The translations under genes and the position numbers were made by a program. Shown here piece after piece: positions 19,261 to 27,628 of a stretch of 36,047 bases of DNA. How positions within the stretch are numbered: position 1 is the first letter of the stretch; each line of letters opens with the position of its first letter. A model generated the notes under the pieces. It saw nothing but the letters and a program-made list of their open reading frames with translations. It had not been told where the DNA came from and did not search any database. Source of the stretch: an uncultured Bacteroidales bacterium (GTDB taxonomy: Bacteria > Bacteroidota > Bacteroidia > Bacteroidales > CAYFUP01); NCBI GenBank assembly GCA_964496465.1, contig CAZBZX010000003.1, positions 1-36,047 on the forward strand, read 5' to 3'.

Positions 19261-21591
19261 TTATTTACTTATTAATAATTTTTTTTGTGATAACTGGTTT
19301 CCATTGATTACTTTAACTATATAAATTCCCTCATTATTGTGTAAAGTAATTTTATTGTAAAGACTTGAAAGTCTTTGTACATAAATTTGTTCTCCTAATA
19401 AATTATATACCTCTATAAAAGCATTATCTGGAATAGAACCAAAATTGATATAAATACAATTTAAATTAGAATAGATAAATATGTCATCGGAATTAATATG
19501 ATTAATATTTTCAGGTTTCTCTTTTTCTTTAATGTAATAACTTGCTCCTGTAAAACTTAGTTCTCTAATAATAGTGTTTGTAACATTACAGACGTATTTG
19601 TGAAAATTTTCTTTGGTTAAAGCAGAAATGATGAAAATCGAATTATCAGGACCTGATATAGGTTCATAGATAATATCATTTCCAAATTGGTTCCATGTGA
19701 AAATATTATGTTCACCTCCATATATCTTCGATTCTAATACTACACGGTCTCCGATATTTAATTCAAGCGTTCCGAAATAGCCACTAGCCCCTTGTTCCTG
19801 ATAAAATAAAGGTACATGAAATAGTTCAATATTTGGTTCCAGATCTTCAAATGTCAACATATTTCTGCGAACGTAAATTTGATCAGTTTTTAGATCAGTC
19901 AGGTTTGGCAAATCTTCTAATTGGTTTTCTGATAAATCAATGAATTTTAATTTTTGCAGATTATTAAGTGATGAAGGAACAGACAATAAACCATTTGCAT
20001 AAAAATTTACATCTTCAAGTTTTATTAAATTTCCAATAGAAGACGGGATATCTCCTGATACCTTGTTTTCATAACTATGATATTTTACCGATCCGCCTAG
20101 AATGAAATATTTTAGATCACTTAATAAACCAATTTCATCTGGCATTGTACCTCCTAAATTGTTACTGACCGGACAAAGCGCAACGACACGCCCGTTTTCA
20201 ACTCTAACCCCATGCCAATCATTGCTGATGTTGTTTACTTTATCTTCCCATCCTGTTTTTGTAATCCATGAATCGTTACCAGTAGCTTCATAAAAAGCCA
20301 TCAACGCCTCAAAATCATCTTGATTTGAGGGTTGAATTTTAAGATAAACACTGGCAGTATCTTTGCCTTGGCCATCATCTACTTCATAAGAAAATTCATC
20401 ATAACCCGGGCTCGTTTTATTCGATTTATAGATTACCCGGTTACTCTTTTGATCAATACTTACTGTTCCATTTTTTGGCTTATTAGCAATTTTGAGGTAC
20501 CAGGAGTATTTGTCACCATCAAGATCAAAATCATTTAACAGGACATCTAAAAATGAATCTGAATAGGGTAAAACTGTCAGGGTATCATTTTGTGCTATGG
20601 GTGAATTATTTGCATGAATGATAAAATTTAAAAATTGAACAAAAGTGTCAATTTTATTTATTACTTCAACTTTAATACTAAAGCTTCCTTGTTCAGTTGG
20701 AATTCCATAAATTTGAATTGTTTGAGCATTAAATTCTAATCCCGCTGGTAAGGTTTCTTTATCTACATTCCAACTATATTCCCCAATATATCCTGTTGAT
20801 TTTAATTTGGTAATATAGTATGCATTTTGATAACCAGGTGGTAAATCATTTTCAATTTTAAATGAATCAATTTCTGCTACCCAGTTTTCAGGATTATTGG
20901 AATATAAATCCGGGTAAATTTTTGTAATACTAAAAACAGCATTCTCAATTACTGGCCAAGGATTTTTGTTATTATAGTCAGTCTCATCAATTAACATATA
21001 GGGAATAATAGTTTCACCATTATTCTTATATGGATCGCAAGGTTTTAAAATGGCTAGTCTTTCTCCTTCATTAGCAAGATTGCCATTATAATTAAAAACT
21101 AAATCATCATTATTTAAATTTTTAAGTGACTTAAATTCAGCAATGGTAATATTTTCATTAATTAGGTAAATTGCATCTCCAGCATTAACAGTTATATTTC
21201 GAGGAAATTCAAAATCAATTCCATCAATTTTCCATGTATTCTCCGGATTTTTTAAATTGTACAAATGAACGTTATCACCATTAATATTTATGAGTTGAAT
21301 ATATTCAATCCCATTTTCAAAGCTTTTATACCTTATTGAATTAAATACAATAGGGCCAATTAAAGGGCTTGCATTTGTATCATTAAAACTACTTTTTTTA
21401 AAGATTACAAATTGTTCTTTATGTTGAGAAATGTACCTGCCTATTGTCAGAGAAGTATCCAAATAATCATATGAAAAACCATGCACAAAACCAGTTATCT
21501 CGCTTAAAGAATTGGTCGAAAAAATATAAACTTCTTCTCCTTTTGAGCTTAGTGAAAAACCACTTCCAAATTCATCAGCTGTAAATTGCAT
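19261..21591 (-). CDS. LTD / Ig-like / cadherin-like / plant-type LRR / T9SS-CTD protein fragment (frame open upstream to 21855)
   Basis: - Lamin-tail domains: ...GIEYIQLININGDNVHLYN....
- He_PIG-like Ig: LPAGLEFNAQTIQIYGIPTEQGSFSIKVEV.
- Cadherin-like: NNSPIAQNDTLTV...LNDFDLDGD...DEFSYEVDDGQG.
- LRR with plant-type cap: WHGVRVENGRVVAL...NKVSGDIPSSIGNLIKLE...LSENQLEDLP.
- T9SS CTD: ...GIYIVKVINGNQLSQKKLLISK.

There is no signal peptide. The first ATG lies inside an LTD. Confidence 0.75.
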   Translation of the reverse strand: MQFTADEFGSGFSLSSKGEEVYIFSTNSLSEITGFVHGFSYDYLDTSLTIGRYISQHKEQFVIFKKSSFNDTNASPLIGPIVFNSIRYKSFENGIEYIQLININGDNVHLYNLKNPENTWKIDGIDFEFPRNITVNAGDAIYLINENITIAEFKSLKNLNNDDLVFNYNGNLANEGERLAILKPCDPYKNNGETIIPYMLIDETDYNNKNPWPVIENAVFSITKIYPDLYSNNPENWVAEIDSFKIENDLPPGYQNAYYITKLKSTGYIGEYSWNVDKETLPAGLEFNAQTIQIYGIPTEQGSFSIKVEVINKIDTFVQFLNFIIHANNSPIAQNDTLTVLPYSDSFLDVLLNDFDLDGDKYSWYLKIANKPKNGTVSIDQKSNRVIYKSNKTSPGYDEFSYEVDDGQGKDTASVYLKIQPSNQDDFEALMAFYEATGNDSWITKTGWEDKVNNISNDWHGVRVENGRVVALCPVSNNLGGTMPDEIGLLSDLKYFILGGSVKYHSYENKVSGDIPSSIGNLIKLEDVNFYANGLLSVPSSLNNLQKLKFIDLSENQLEDLPNLTDLKTDQIYVRRNMLTFEDLEPNIELFHVPLFYQEQGASGYFGTLELNIGDRVVLESKIYGGEHNIFTWNQFGNDIIYEPISGPDNSIFIISALTKENFHKYVCNVTNTIIRELSFTGASYYIKEKEKPENINHINSDDIFIYSNLNCIYINFGSIPDNAFIEVYNLLGEQIYVQRLSSLYNKITLHNNEGIYIVKVINGNQLSQKKLLISK

Positions 21592-21855
21592 TGTTGTGTC
21601 AGCATAATGCCCTTCATAAAAGGTCAGGAATCTACCAGGTAAGATGATTGAATTTTCAGGAATTTTCCATTTTGCAGGTATGTTAAAATTATCCGTTAAA
21701 TACCATCCACTAATATTAACTTCCTGCTTATTAGGATTAAATAATTCAATGGCATCAACAGTTGGATAATCAGACTGACTTAATATTTCGTTAATATAAA
21801 TCGGTAAAATAATTGATGTTTCGTCTTTAATATTTGGGGAACCATTTATAGTGTT

Positions 21856-24387
21856 TTAAGCATTCCAGGAATCACCTGAATTATATTTTTCATTTAAAAT
21901 ACTATCTTTTAATACTAAAGAAAATCCTTTACCATCAGCAGCTAATGGCCAAGGCAACTTGTTGTTGTATTCGATATTTATTATTGTATCATTGAAAGGA
22001 TGAATAAGTATTATCCTTTCGCCTTTATTATCAAGATTTCCTTTAAACTGATCGAATGCATTAAAAGCATAGCGTTCTTTAAATCGATTTAAATTTGAAG
22101 CCAAAACCAGGTATTGCCCAGGTTGTAGCAAAGCTTGTTTAATAAATGTATATTTTATTCCTGCAATAAATTGACAACCTGTTAAATTTATAGGTGAAGT
22201 ACCTGAATTGTAAATTTCAATAAATTCATAATCACTTCCATTAATAGTATCTTTATTAAGTGGATTATAATGAATTTCGGTAATTTTTAATCCATCGAAA
22301 TTTTCAGGATAGTATACTTCCATTTCATTTAATGGGCTCCATTCATTATCATTTAAGATTCTTGATTTTATAATCAAAGATGAGCTGATAGAAATGTTTG
22401 TATCAGATGAAGGAGTAAGGGCAGTAGAGTTTATTTGTCCTCCAGTTTCTCGTGGATCAGTTCCATCAAAGGTAATAGCTAATTGACCAGTTTGCCCATT
22501 TTTTGAAATCAATAAATTTTGTGTTGAATTAATATACCATTGGCTTTTAAAAAATGTTGTGGAATTTGAAATAAAGTCAGGAGCTTTAGTTGAAGGGTAA
22601 AATCCTGTACTGATGATACTACTCATTACAGTTTCAGTTCTTGTAGGTAAAAACTCATTTTTTATTCTGTTTATAAAAGGGAGCCAGTCATCGTATTTAT
22701 TTCTTGGATTATTTGTGGAATATACATCCCCCCATCGCGCTGATTCTGCAATAATTGCTTTATCAATTTGGTTTGCACGATCCATGAATAATTTAATTAC
22801 AGAGTCGGGTTGAAATACCTTTTCTTTATAAAACCATTTATAAACTCTGTCATAAAATTTTACTTTACATTCATCATTTTGCATCATATTATTTAAAAGC
22901 ACATATGGGCTTAAAATTTCCGGGAATACTTTAATTTCCTCATTTTGAAAAGACCAGTTATCTCCATTGAGAACCAGTGCATGCTCAAAATCGTGTACAA
23001 AATATTTAAACCCGTCAGGATTTTCTCGGTTATACATGCCAAAATAATTATTCACGTTTCCTCCCCTTCCTGGTCCATCCCAATTATCAGCATAGAATAC
23101 TATTAAATTATAATCAATAAGGTGCTCTAAATCAACTAGTTTTTCATAATCCGGATTAATAGTTCCATTTTCATTTAATCCTTGGACTTTAAAATATAAC
23201 TCATTATTATTTGCAAATCCAGTTGAGGATTCAACCAATCTATTAAATGCATCCCAATTACCTTCGGTAATTTCATTCTGTCCACCATGTCCATCTAAAA
23301 AGGAACCAATTGGTTTTACTACATCATAATCATCTTTTTTTCCTCCAAAATAACTTTCTCCATAGGTTCCGCTTGGCCTTTCTTCTGTTTGGTATATACC
23401 CCAATACATTCCATTTATATATAAATGGTAATATCGGCTTCGTGTATATGGATTTTTTGTTTTACCCTGTAAATCCCTGAAAAGTACTTCTCGGTTCATG
23501 ATATTCATATCAGAATATTCTCCACTCCACGAGTAATTCTGACTTGTACGTAGGTCAATTTTATCAAATGAAGTGGTGCCTTCTTCACCAAAAAGAGGGT
23601 AATCTAATTTTCCCTTTCCATATTCTTTTCGAAAATATAACCTTAAAGCATGCTTAGGATTATCTGGCCTTCGACTCCAGCCACCTCTTATCCGCATCCC
23701 TGCATTTATATGAAAATCGCGGTTATTTTTCATGTTAATAAATTCGACTGAAACAGGTTGTTCCCAAAATTTTCCTCTACCATGTGGATTAGAATATATC
23801 CCTTCAGCAGGATCAAAGAAATTTTCTAAATTAGCCACAAGTGAAATGCTCGGTATATCTAATAAAGCATCAGTTATTGAATCTTTATATCGTACATCTT
23901 CTTGTGTTATTTTTGTAGAAACATCATAAATTATGCTTTGGCCAATCAACGCTGAATTTGGCGCTGGCCAATCTTCTCCAGGATAAGTTTGGGTTTTTAC
24001 TTTTTCTGGAAAAATATAGGTTTGTGTAATGACATCACTTGGTTCGAAATCATCTTTAAATGTATAAGCTCTTACCAAAAATCCAGGAGTATTATTTCTA
24101 TTTTCAACAATCGCTGGATCAATGTTTATTTTTACCGGAATATTTCCTGTAGATGCTGTTTTGGAAGTAGCCGGGTCAGTTCCGTCAATTGTATATCGAA
24201 TGGCCGCACCCATTAGGGCGCTATTTATAATCAATTCGAACGGTTCATTGTAAAAACCACGTTGATGTGAAAATATCGGATCACAAGCTTTTTGACTGAA
24301 AATGTTACTAATTGAAAACGGAACCAATAAAAAGAAAAGGATGGTTGAAAGGGTATAAAAAAGCATTTTTCGAGTTGAGGATTTCAT
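21856..24387 (-). CDS. Secreted CotH kinase-fold protein with CHB_HEX_C-like and lamin-tail (LTD) domains
   Basis: Signal peptide (MKSSTRKMLFYTLSTILFFLLVPFS), CHB_HEX_C-like segments (IRYTIDGTDP; ITFDGTDPRE) and a CotH core (INAGMRIRGGWSRRPDNPKHALRLYFRKEYG...). The C-terminal LTD reads LKITEIHYNP...YEFIEIYNSGTSPINLTGCQF. ATG 24387 is preferred over TTG 24411. The gene ends at TAA 21856-21858. Confidence 0.8.
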   Translation of the reverse strand: MKSSTRKMLFYTLSTILFFLLVPFSISNIFSQKACDPIFSHQRGFYNEPFELIINSALMGAAIRYTIDGTDPATSKTASTGNIPVKINIDPAIVENRNNTPGFLVRAYTFKDDFEPSDVITQTYIFPEKVKTQTYPGEDWPAPNSALIGQSIIYDVSTKITQEDVRYKDSITDALLDIPSISLVANLENFFDPAEGIYSNPHGRGKFWEQPVSVEFINMKNNRDFHINAGMRIRGGWSRRPDNPKHALRLYFRKEYGKGKLDYPLFGEEGTTSFDKIDLRTSQNYSWSGEYSDMNIMNREVLFRDLQGKTKNPYTRSRYYHLYINGMYWGIYQTEERPSGTYGESYFGGKKDDYDVVKPIGSFLDGHGGQNEITEGNWDAFNRLVESSTGFANNNELYFKVQGLNENGTINPDYEKLVDLEHLIDYNLIVFYADNWDGPGRGGNVNNYFGMYNRENPDGFKYFVHDFEHALVLNGDNWSFQNEEIKVFPEILSPYVLLNNMMQNDECKVKFYDRVYKWFYKEKVFQPDSVIKLFMDRANQIDKAIIAESARWGDVYSTNNPRNKYDDWLPFINRIKNEFLPTRTETVMSSIISTGFYPSTKAPDFISNSTTFFKSQWYINSTQNLLISKNGQTGQLAITFDGTDPRETGGQINSTALTPSSDTNISISSSLIIKSRILNDNEWSPLNEMEVYYPENFDGLKITEIHYNPLNKDTINGSDYEFIEIYNSGTSPINLTGCQFIAGIKYTFIKQALLQPGQYLVLASNLNRFKERYAFNAFDQFKGNLDNKGERIILIHPFNDTIINIEYNNKLPWPLAADGKGFSLVLKDSILNEKYNSGDSWNA

Positions 24388-24576
24388 AATGGGTTTAATT
24401 AGGTTTGCCAAAATTTTCGTTATGCTTTAAAGACGCAATTTTTATATATTTCCCTTACCATTGGTAAAAATCATCAAAATAAGCAATATATTAATATTAT
24501 ATGGAGATCATTTAAAATTAACTATGCATAAGTTCTATATAAACTTAAGTATTTAATAAGAAATCAAGTAAATGGG

Positions 24577-25386
24577 TTATTGATAAAAATCCTGAGTTGG
24601 ATGAAATATTTTTGCAAATTCTTTTGGAGTATAGCCTGATAAAGATTTAAACTCTTTAATAAAATGAGCCTGGTCATAAAATCCAAAATGATATATCAGA
24701 TCAATATATGAATCGTCAGAATCTTTTGATAAGGAATATATCATTTGTTGAAATCTAATAATTTTACTGTATTGTTTTGGAGTTTTGCCCAGATAAGTTG
24801 CAAACTTGCGCTCAAGTGTTTTTGGAGTAGTGCAAAGCGATCTTGATAACTCGTTGATAGAAATATTTCCTTTTTGCTGTTTAATTAATTTAAGACCTTC
24901 TTTGATGAATTTTACATTATGATTATTTTTAAATTGAAGGTGACTTAATAGAAATTTTTCAATAAAATTAATTTTCTTTTGAGATGTATTCTCACCAGCT
25001 ATTAGTTCTTCTACATCTTTTATTTCTTGGTTATAGATTGACTCTAAATCCAAAATTGTATTCTCTATTTCTTTTAATGGAAGTTGAAAAAAACAATTTG
25101 CAGCAAATGGATAAAACTCAACACATATCATTCCAATCTCACCTTGCGAGTGTACATCCGCAAAGGAACTAGATATGCCACTTATAAAAGATTTTGGCTG
25201 TGTGTACTCATTACCTGTTTCTGTTTTTACAAATAATTCTTTTTTATAATGAAACATTAAATCGACAGTACCATTTGGAATAACTCTCTCAACAATACTG
25301 CCATCAGATTGATCGGTTTCCAGTAACCAGTATTGCTTAATATAATTCGCTAAAATGCCCGATGGCTGAAAGAATTCAAATTTCAT
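24577..25386 (-). CDS. AraC-family transcriptional regulator
   Basis: C-terminal double HTH (INELSRSLCTTPKTLERKFATYLGKTPKQYSKIIRFQ...; FGFYDQAHFIKEFKSLSGYTPKEF) and an N-terminal ligand/dimerisation-type domain. Confidence 0.85.
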   Translation of the reverse strand: MKFEFFQPSGILANYIKQYWLLETDQSDGSIVERVIPNGTVDLMFHYKKELFVKTETGNEYTQPKSFISGISSSFADVHSQGEIGMICVEFYPFAANCFFQLPLKEIENTILDLESIYNQEIKDVEELIAGENTSQKKINFIEKFLLSHLQFKNNHNVKFIKEGLKLIKQQKGNISINELSRSLCTTPKTLERKFATYLGKTPKQYSKIIRFQQMIYSLSKDSDDSYIDLIYHFGFYDQAHFIKEFKSLSGYTPKEFAKIFHPTQDFYQ

Positions 25387-25550
25387 GAATGAATTTTAAT
25401 AAAGAATATTAGACGATTATACTTGATTTTACTATAAAATGTTTTTTTATTGGTTGTAATGCTGAGCTTGTCGAATCATTTATTCATACACTCTTCGATT
25501 AACTCAGAGTGACACTGAATAATAATATAGAAAATATACATGGATTTTGA

Positions 25551-26537
25551 CTACCATAAATGATGCACCAGGTTTTTAATTTTTGAATTGTAGATTTTTT
25601 GAATTGCTGAAAGCTGATCTATGTTTAAATCGTTTAAATCCCCTGTTTGAATATTAGATAGAAGATGTTCAACTTTAGAAGCTCCCGGTATAACACAGCT
25701 TACTTCGCTAAACATTAAAATCCATTTCAAAGCTGCCTGTGCAAGATCAATTCCAGGAAGAAATTTTTTTAATTCCTCAACAGCTTCAATACCAGTGTTA
25801 TAATCGATGCCCGAAAAGGTTTCTCCTTTATCAAAAGCTTCACCATTGCGATTAAAATTACGATGATCGCCAGCTGAAAAAGTTGTGTTTTTGGTATATT
25901 TTCCGCTTAATAATCCACTTGCTAGAGGAACTCTGGCTAAAATACCTATGTTTTTCTTTTTAGCTTGTTCAAAGAATAATTCTGCAGGTCGTTGACGAAA
26001 CATGTTAAAAATAATCTGAACAGTATCAACATTTGGATATTCAATCGCTTTTAAAGCTTCTTCTACTTTTTCAACGCTAATCCCAAGTTTTTTTATTTTT
26101 CCTTCAGCGATTAATTTATCGAATTCTTCAAATATTTCTGGTCTGTAATATACTTGGGTAGGAGGGCAATGAAGTTGAATAAGATCAATTGTATCAATTC
26201 CTATATTTTTTAAACTTGCTTCAACAAATCCCCGTAAGATTTGTGGAGTATATTGCTCGTTGGTATGTGGATTTAGCCTTCTGCCGCATTTTGTAGCAAC
26301 TAAAATTTCAGGATGTGATCTTTTTAAACGGCCTACAGCCTGTTCACTTTCACCGCCACCATCACCATATACATCAGCTGTATCGATAAAATTGATACCT
26401 TTTTCAATGGCAGTATTTAAAATTTTGTCGGCATTGTTGTGGTCAAATTTATCACCCCATTTTCCACCAACCTGCCAGGTTCCTAAACTAATTTCTGAAA
26501 CCTTAAACCCCGTTCTTCCTAATGTCCGGTATTTCAT
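25551..26537 (-). CDS. Aldo/keto reductase family oxidoreductase
   Basis: MKYRTLGRTGFKVSEISLGTWQVGG..., DTADVYGDG, LVATKCG, IDLIQLHCP and VIPGASKVEHL are classic AKR motifs. Confidence 0.9.
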   Translation of the reverse strand: MKYRTLGRTGFKVSEISLGTWQVGGKWGDKFDHNNADKILNTAIEKGINFIDTADVYGDGGGESEQAVGRLKRSHPEILVATKCGRRLNPHTNEQYTPQILRGFVEASLKNIGIDTIDLIQLHCPPTQVYYRPEIFEEFDKLIAEGKIKKLGISVEKVEEALKAIEYPNVDTVQIIFNMFRQRPAELFFEQAKKKNIGILARVPLASGLLSGKYTKNTTFSAGDHRNFNRNGEAFDKGETFSGIDYNTGIEAVEELKKFLPGIDLAQAALKWILMFSEVSCVIPGASKVEHLLSNIQTGDLNDLNIDQLSAIQKIYNSKIKNLVHHLW

Positions 26538-26747
26538 AATTTTCTATGTATAATTTTTAAATTTTAATTGAAAGTAAAGATAAGGATAAGTTTTAGAAGT
26601 GTAAAGATTGGAGTTTTGGAATATTGGAATAACTGAGTGAAGAAATTGAACTATTATTTATTACCCAATACTGTAATATTCCATCCTTCTGATTATTCAA
26701 TAATTTCTCTCATCATCTTCAACAATGGCAAAATGATAATTGTCTTT

Positions 26748-27239
26748 TCATTTACCACGAATAGGTAATATTTTTCGCCTGATCCCTTCGTTTTTCATCC
26801 CAATTTTCTCCAGTACTTTTATTGATTGAACATTTTTAGTGGCAACACCGGCTTCAACACGATGAAGTTTTAAGGTTTCAAAACCAAATTTTACAAGTCC
26901 TTTGGCAGCTTCAGTTGCATAGCCATTTCCCCAGAACTCGGGGATTAATTTATAATAGATTTCTCCGATTTTGAAACGGTTGGCTGGAGCATTCATGCCT
27001 GCAAGTCCTATAAATTTTTTAGTCTTTTTTTTTTCAACTACCCAACAGTACAAAGTCCGGATTTTTTCATTCTGATTTTCAATGGCTGGTTTCATTACCT
27101 CCTTTGTCTCTTTAATATTTTTTGGAATTCCAAGCGTATTGTATTCATCTACTTCAGGATATGAATGTAATTGATGAATGTTTTCCAAATCATTCCACTC
27201 GATTTCGCGAAGTATTAATCTTGCGGTTTGTATATTCAT
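26748..27239 (-). CDS. RimJ/RimL-like GNAT N-acetyltransferase, apparently truncated by a TGA at a conserved Trp position
   Basis: The Acetyltransf_3 pattern runs RLILREIEWNDLENIHQLHS...WGNGYATEAAKGLVKFGFETLKLHRVEAGVATKNVQSIKVLEKIGMKNEGIRRK. It ends ...IRGK-TGA, and the same frame then continues KDNYHFAIVEDDERNY to a TGA at 26697-26699. Confidence 0.8.
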   Translation of the reverse strand: MNIQTARLILREIEWNDLENIHQLHSYPEVDEYNTLGIPKNIKETKEVMKPAIENQNEKIRTLYCWVVEKKKTKKFIGLAGMNAPANRFKIGEIYYKLIPEFWGNGYATEAAKGLVKFGFETLKLHRVEAGVATKNVQSIKVLEKIGMKNEGIRRKILPIRGK

Positions 27240-27596
27240 TTAGTCTTTTTTAATATAATAATCCAACACATTCATGGCGAATCGGGCTGATACTGTTCCC
27301 GGACCACCACTCATTTCTATTCCTACTTCAATGGCTTCTAATATTTCGTTTTCAGCGGCTTTGGCATCCAGTGCTTGTTTTATGTGCCATTCCAGGCAAG
27401 ACTCACAATTTATAACGATTGAAATTCCAACAGCAATTAATTCTTTTTGTTTTTTTGTTAATGCCCCATCCTTATATGTCTTTTGCTCCATATCAACAAA
27501 CGACCTGTATACTTCAGATTTATCTTTAAAATAAGTGTGCGCAACCTTTCTGTCTTTAATTATTTGATCAATTTTTTGTTTATCTTGATTTTCCAT
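27240..27596 (-). CDS. Carboxymuconolactone decarboxylase / AhpD-like family protein
   Basis: 118 aa with the AhpD-core CxxC motif in ELIAVGISIVINCESCLEWHIKQAL. Its stop codon directly abuts the GNAT start codon (27240 and 27239). Confidence 0.75.
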   Translation of the reverse strand: MENQDKQKIDQIIKDRKVAHTYFKDKSEVYRSFVDMEQKTYKDGALTKKQKELIAVGISIVINCESCLEWHIKQALDAKAAENEILEAIEVGIEMSGGPGTVSARFAMNVLDYYIKKD

Positions 27597-27628
27597 TTTC
27601 CGGTAATTATTTGTTTTTAATTAAAAGC

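Larger units (their letters stand above)
19261..24387 (-). pseudogene. Possible single ~1,707-codon CotH-LTD-LRR-T9SS gene interrupted by one in-frame TAA
   Basis: Both ORFs share one frame, and hand translation of 21855-21592 gave 88 sense codons with no stop. The bridging sequence completes an LTD. The signal peptide is only at the far N-terminus and the T9SS CTD only at the far C-terminus. Confidence 0.5.

Noticed and set aside
25462-25507. A tRNA-like or structured RNA element. GTCGAATC (25470-25477) resembles a T-loop, embedded in the interrupted inverted repeat CTGAG-CTTG-TCGAA ... TTCGA-TTAA-CTCAG.
   Set aside because: No acceptor, D or anticodon arms can be drawn, so it is not a tRNA. 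It may be an imperfect terminator for the aldo/keto reductase gene, but it lacks a U-run and the stems are only 5+5 bp. That is too weak to call.
26618-26682. A long-range inverted repeat GGAATATT ... AATATTCC in the spacer between the reductase gene and the GNAT operon.
   Set aside because: The 8-bp AT-rich arms are separated by ~50 nt without further pairing, which is compatible with chance in this composition.
21856-26750. Genetic-code reassignment (TGA=Trp, or TAA read as sense) as the explanation for the two in-frame stops.
   Set aside because: TAA is the ordinary terminator of about 20 genes here, at natural C-termini. TGA ends the GH20 gene at a normal-looking C-terminus (..VNYYKK). 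Trp is encoded by TGG throughout, and no other long ORF is broken by TGA. Local mutation, error or leakiness fits better than recoding.
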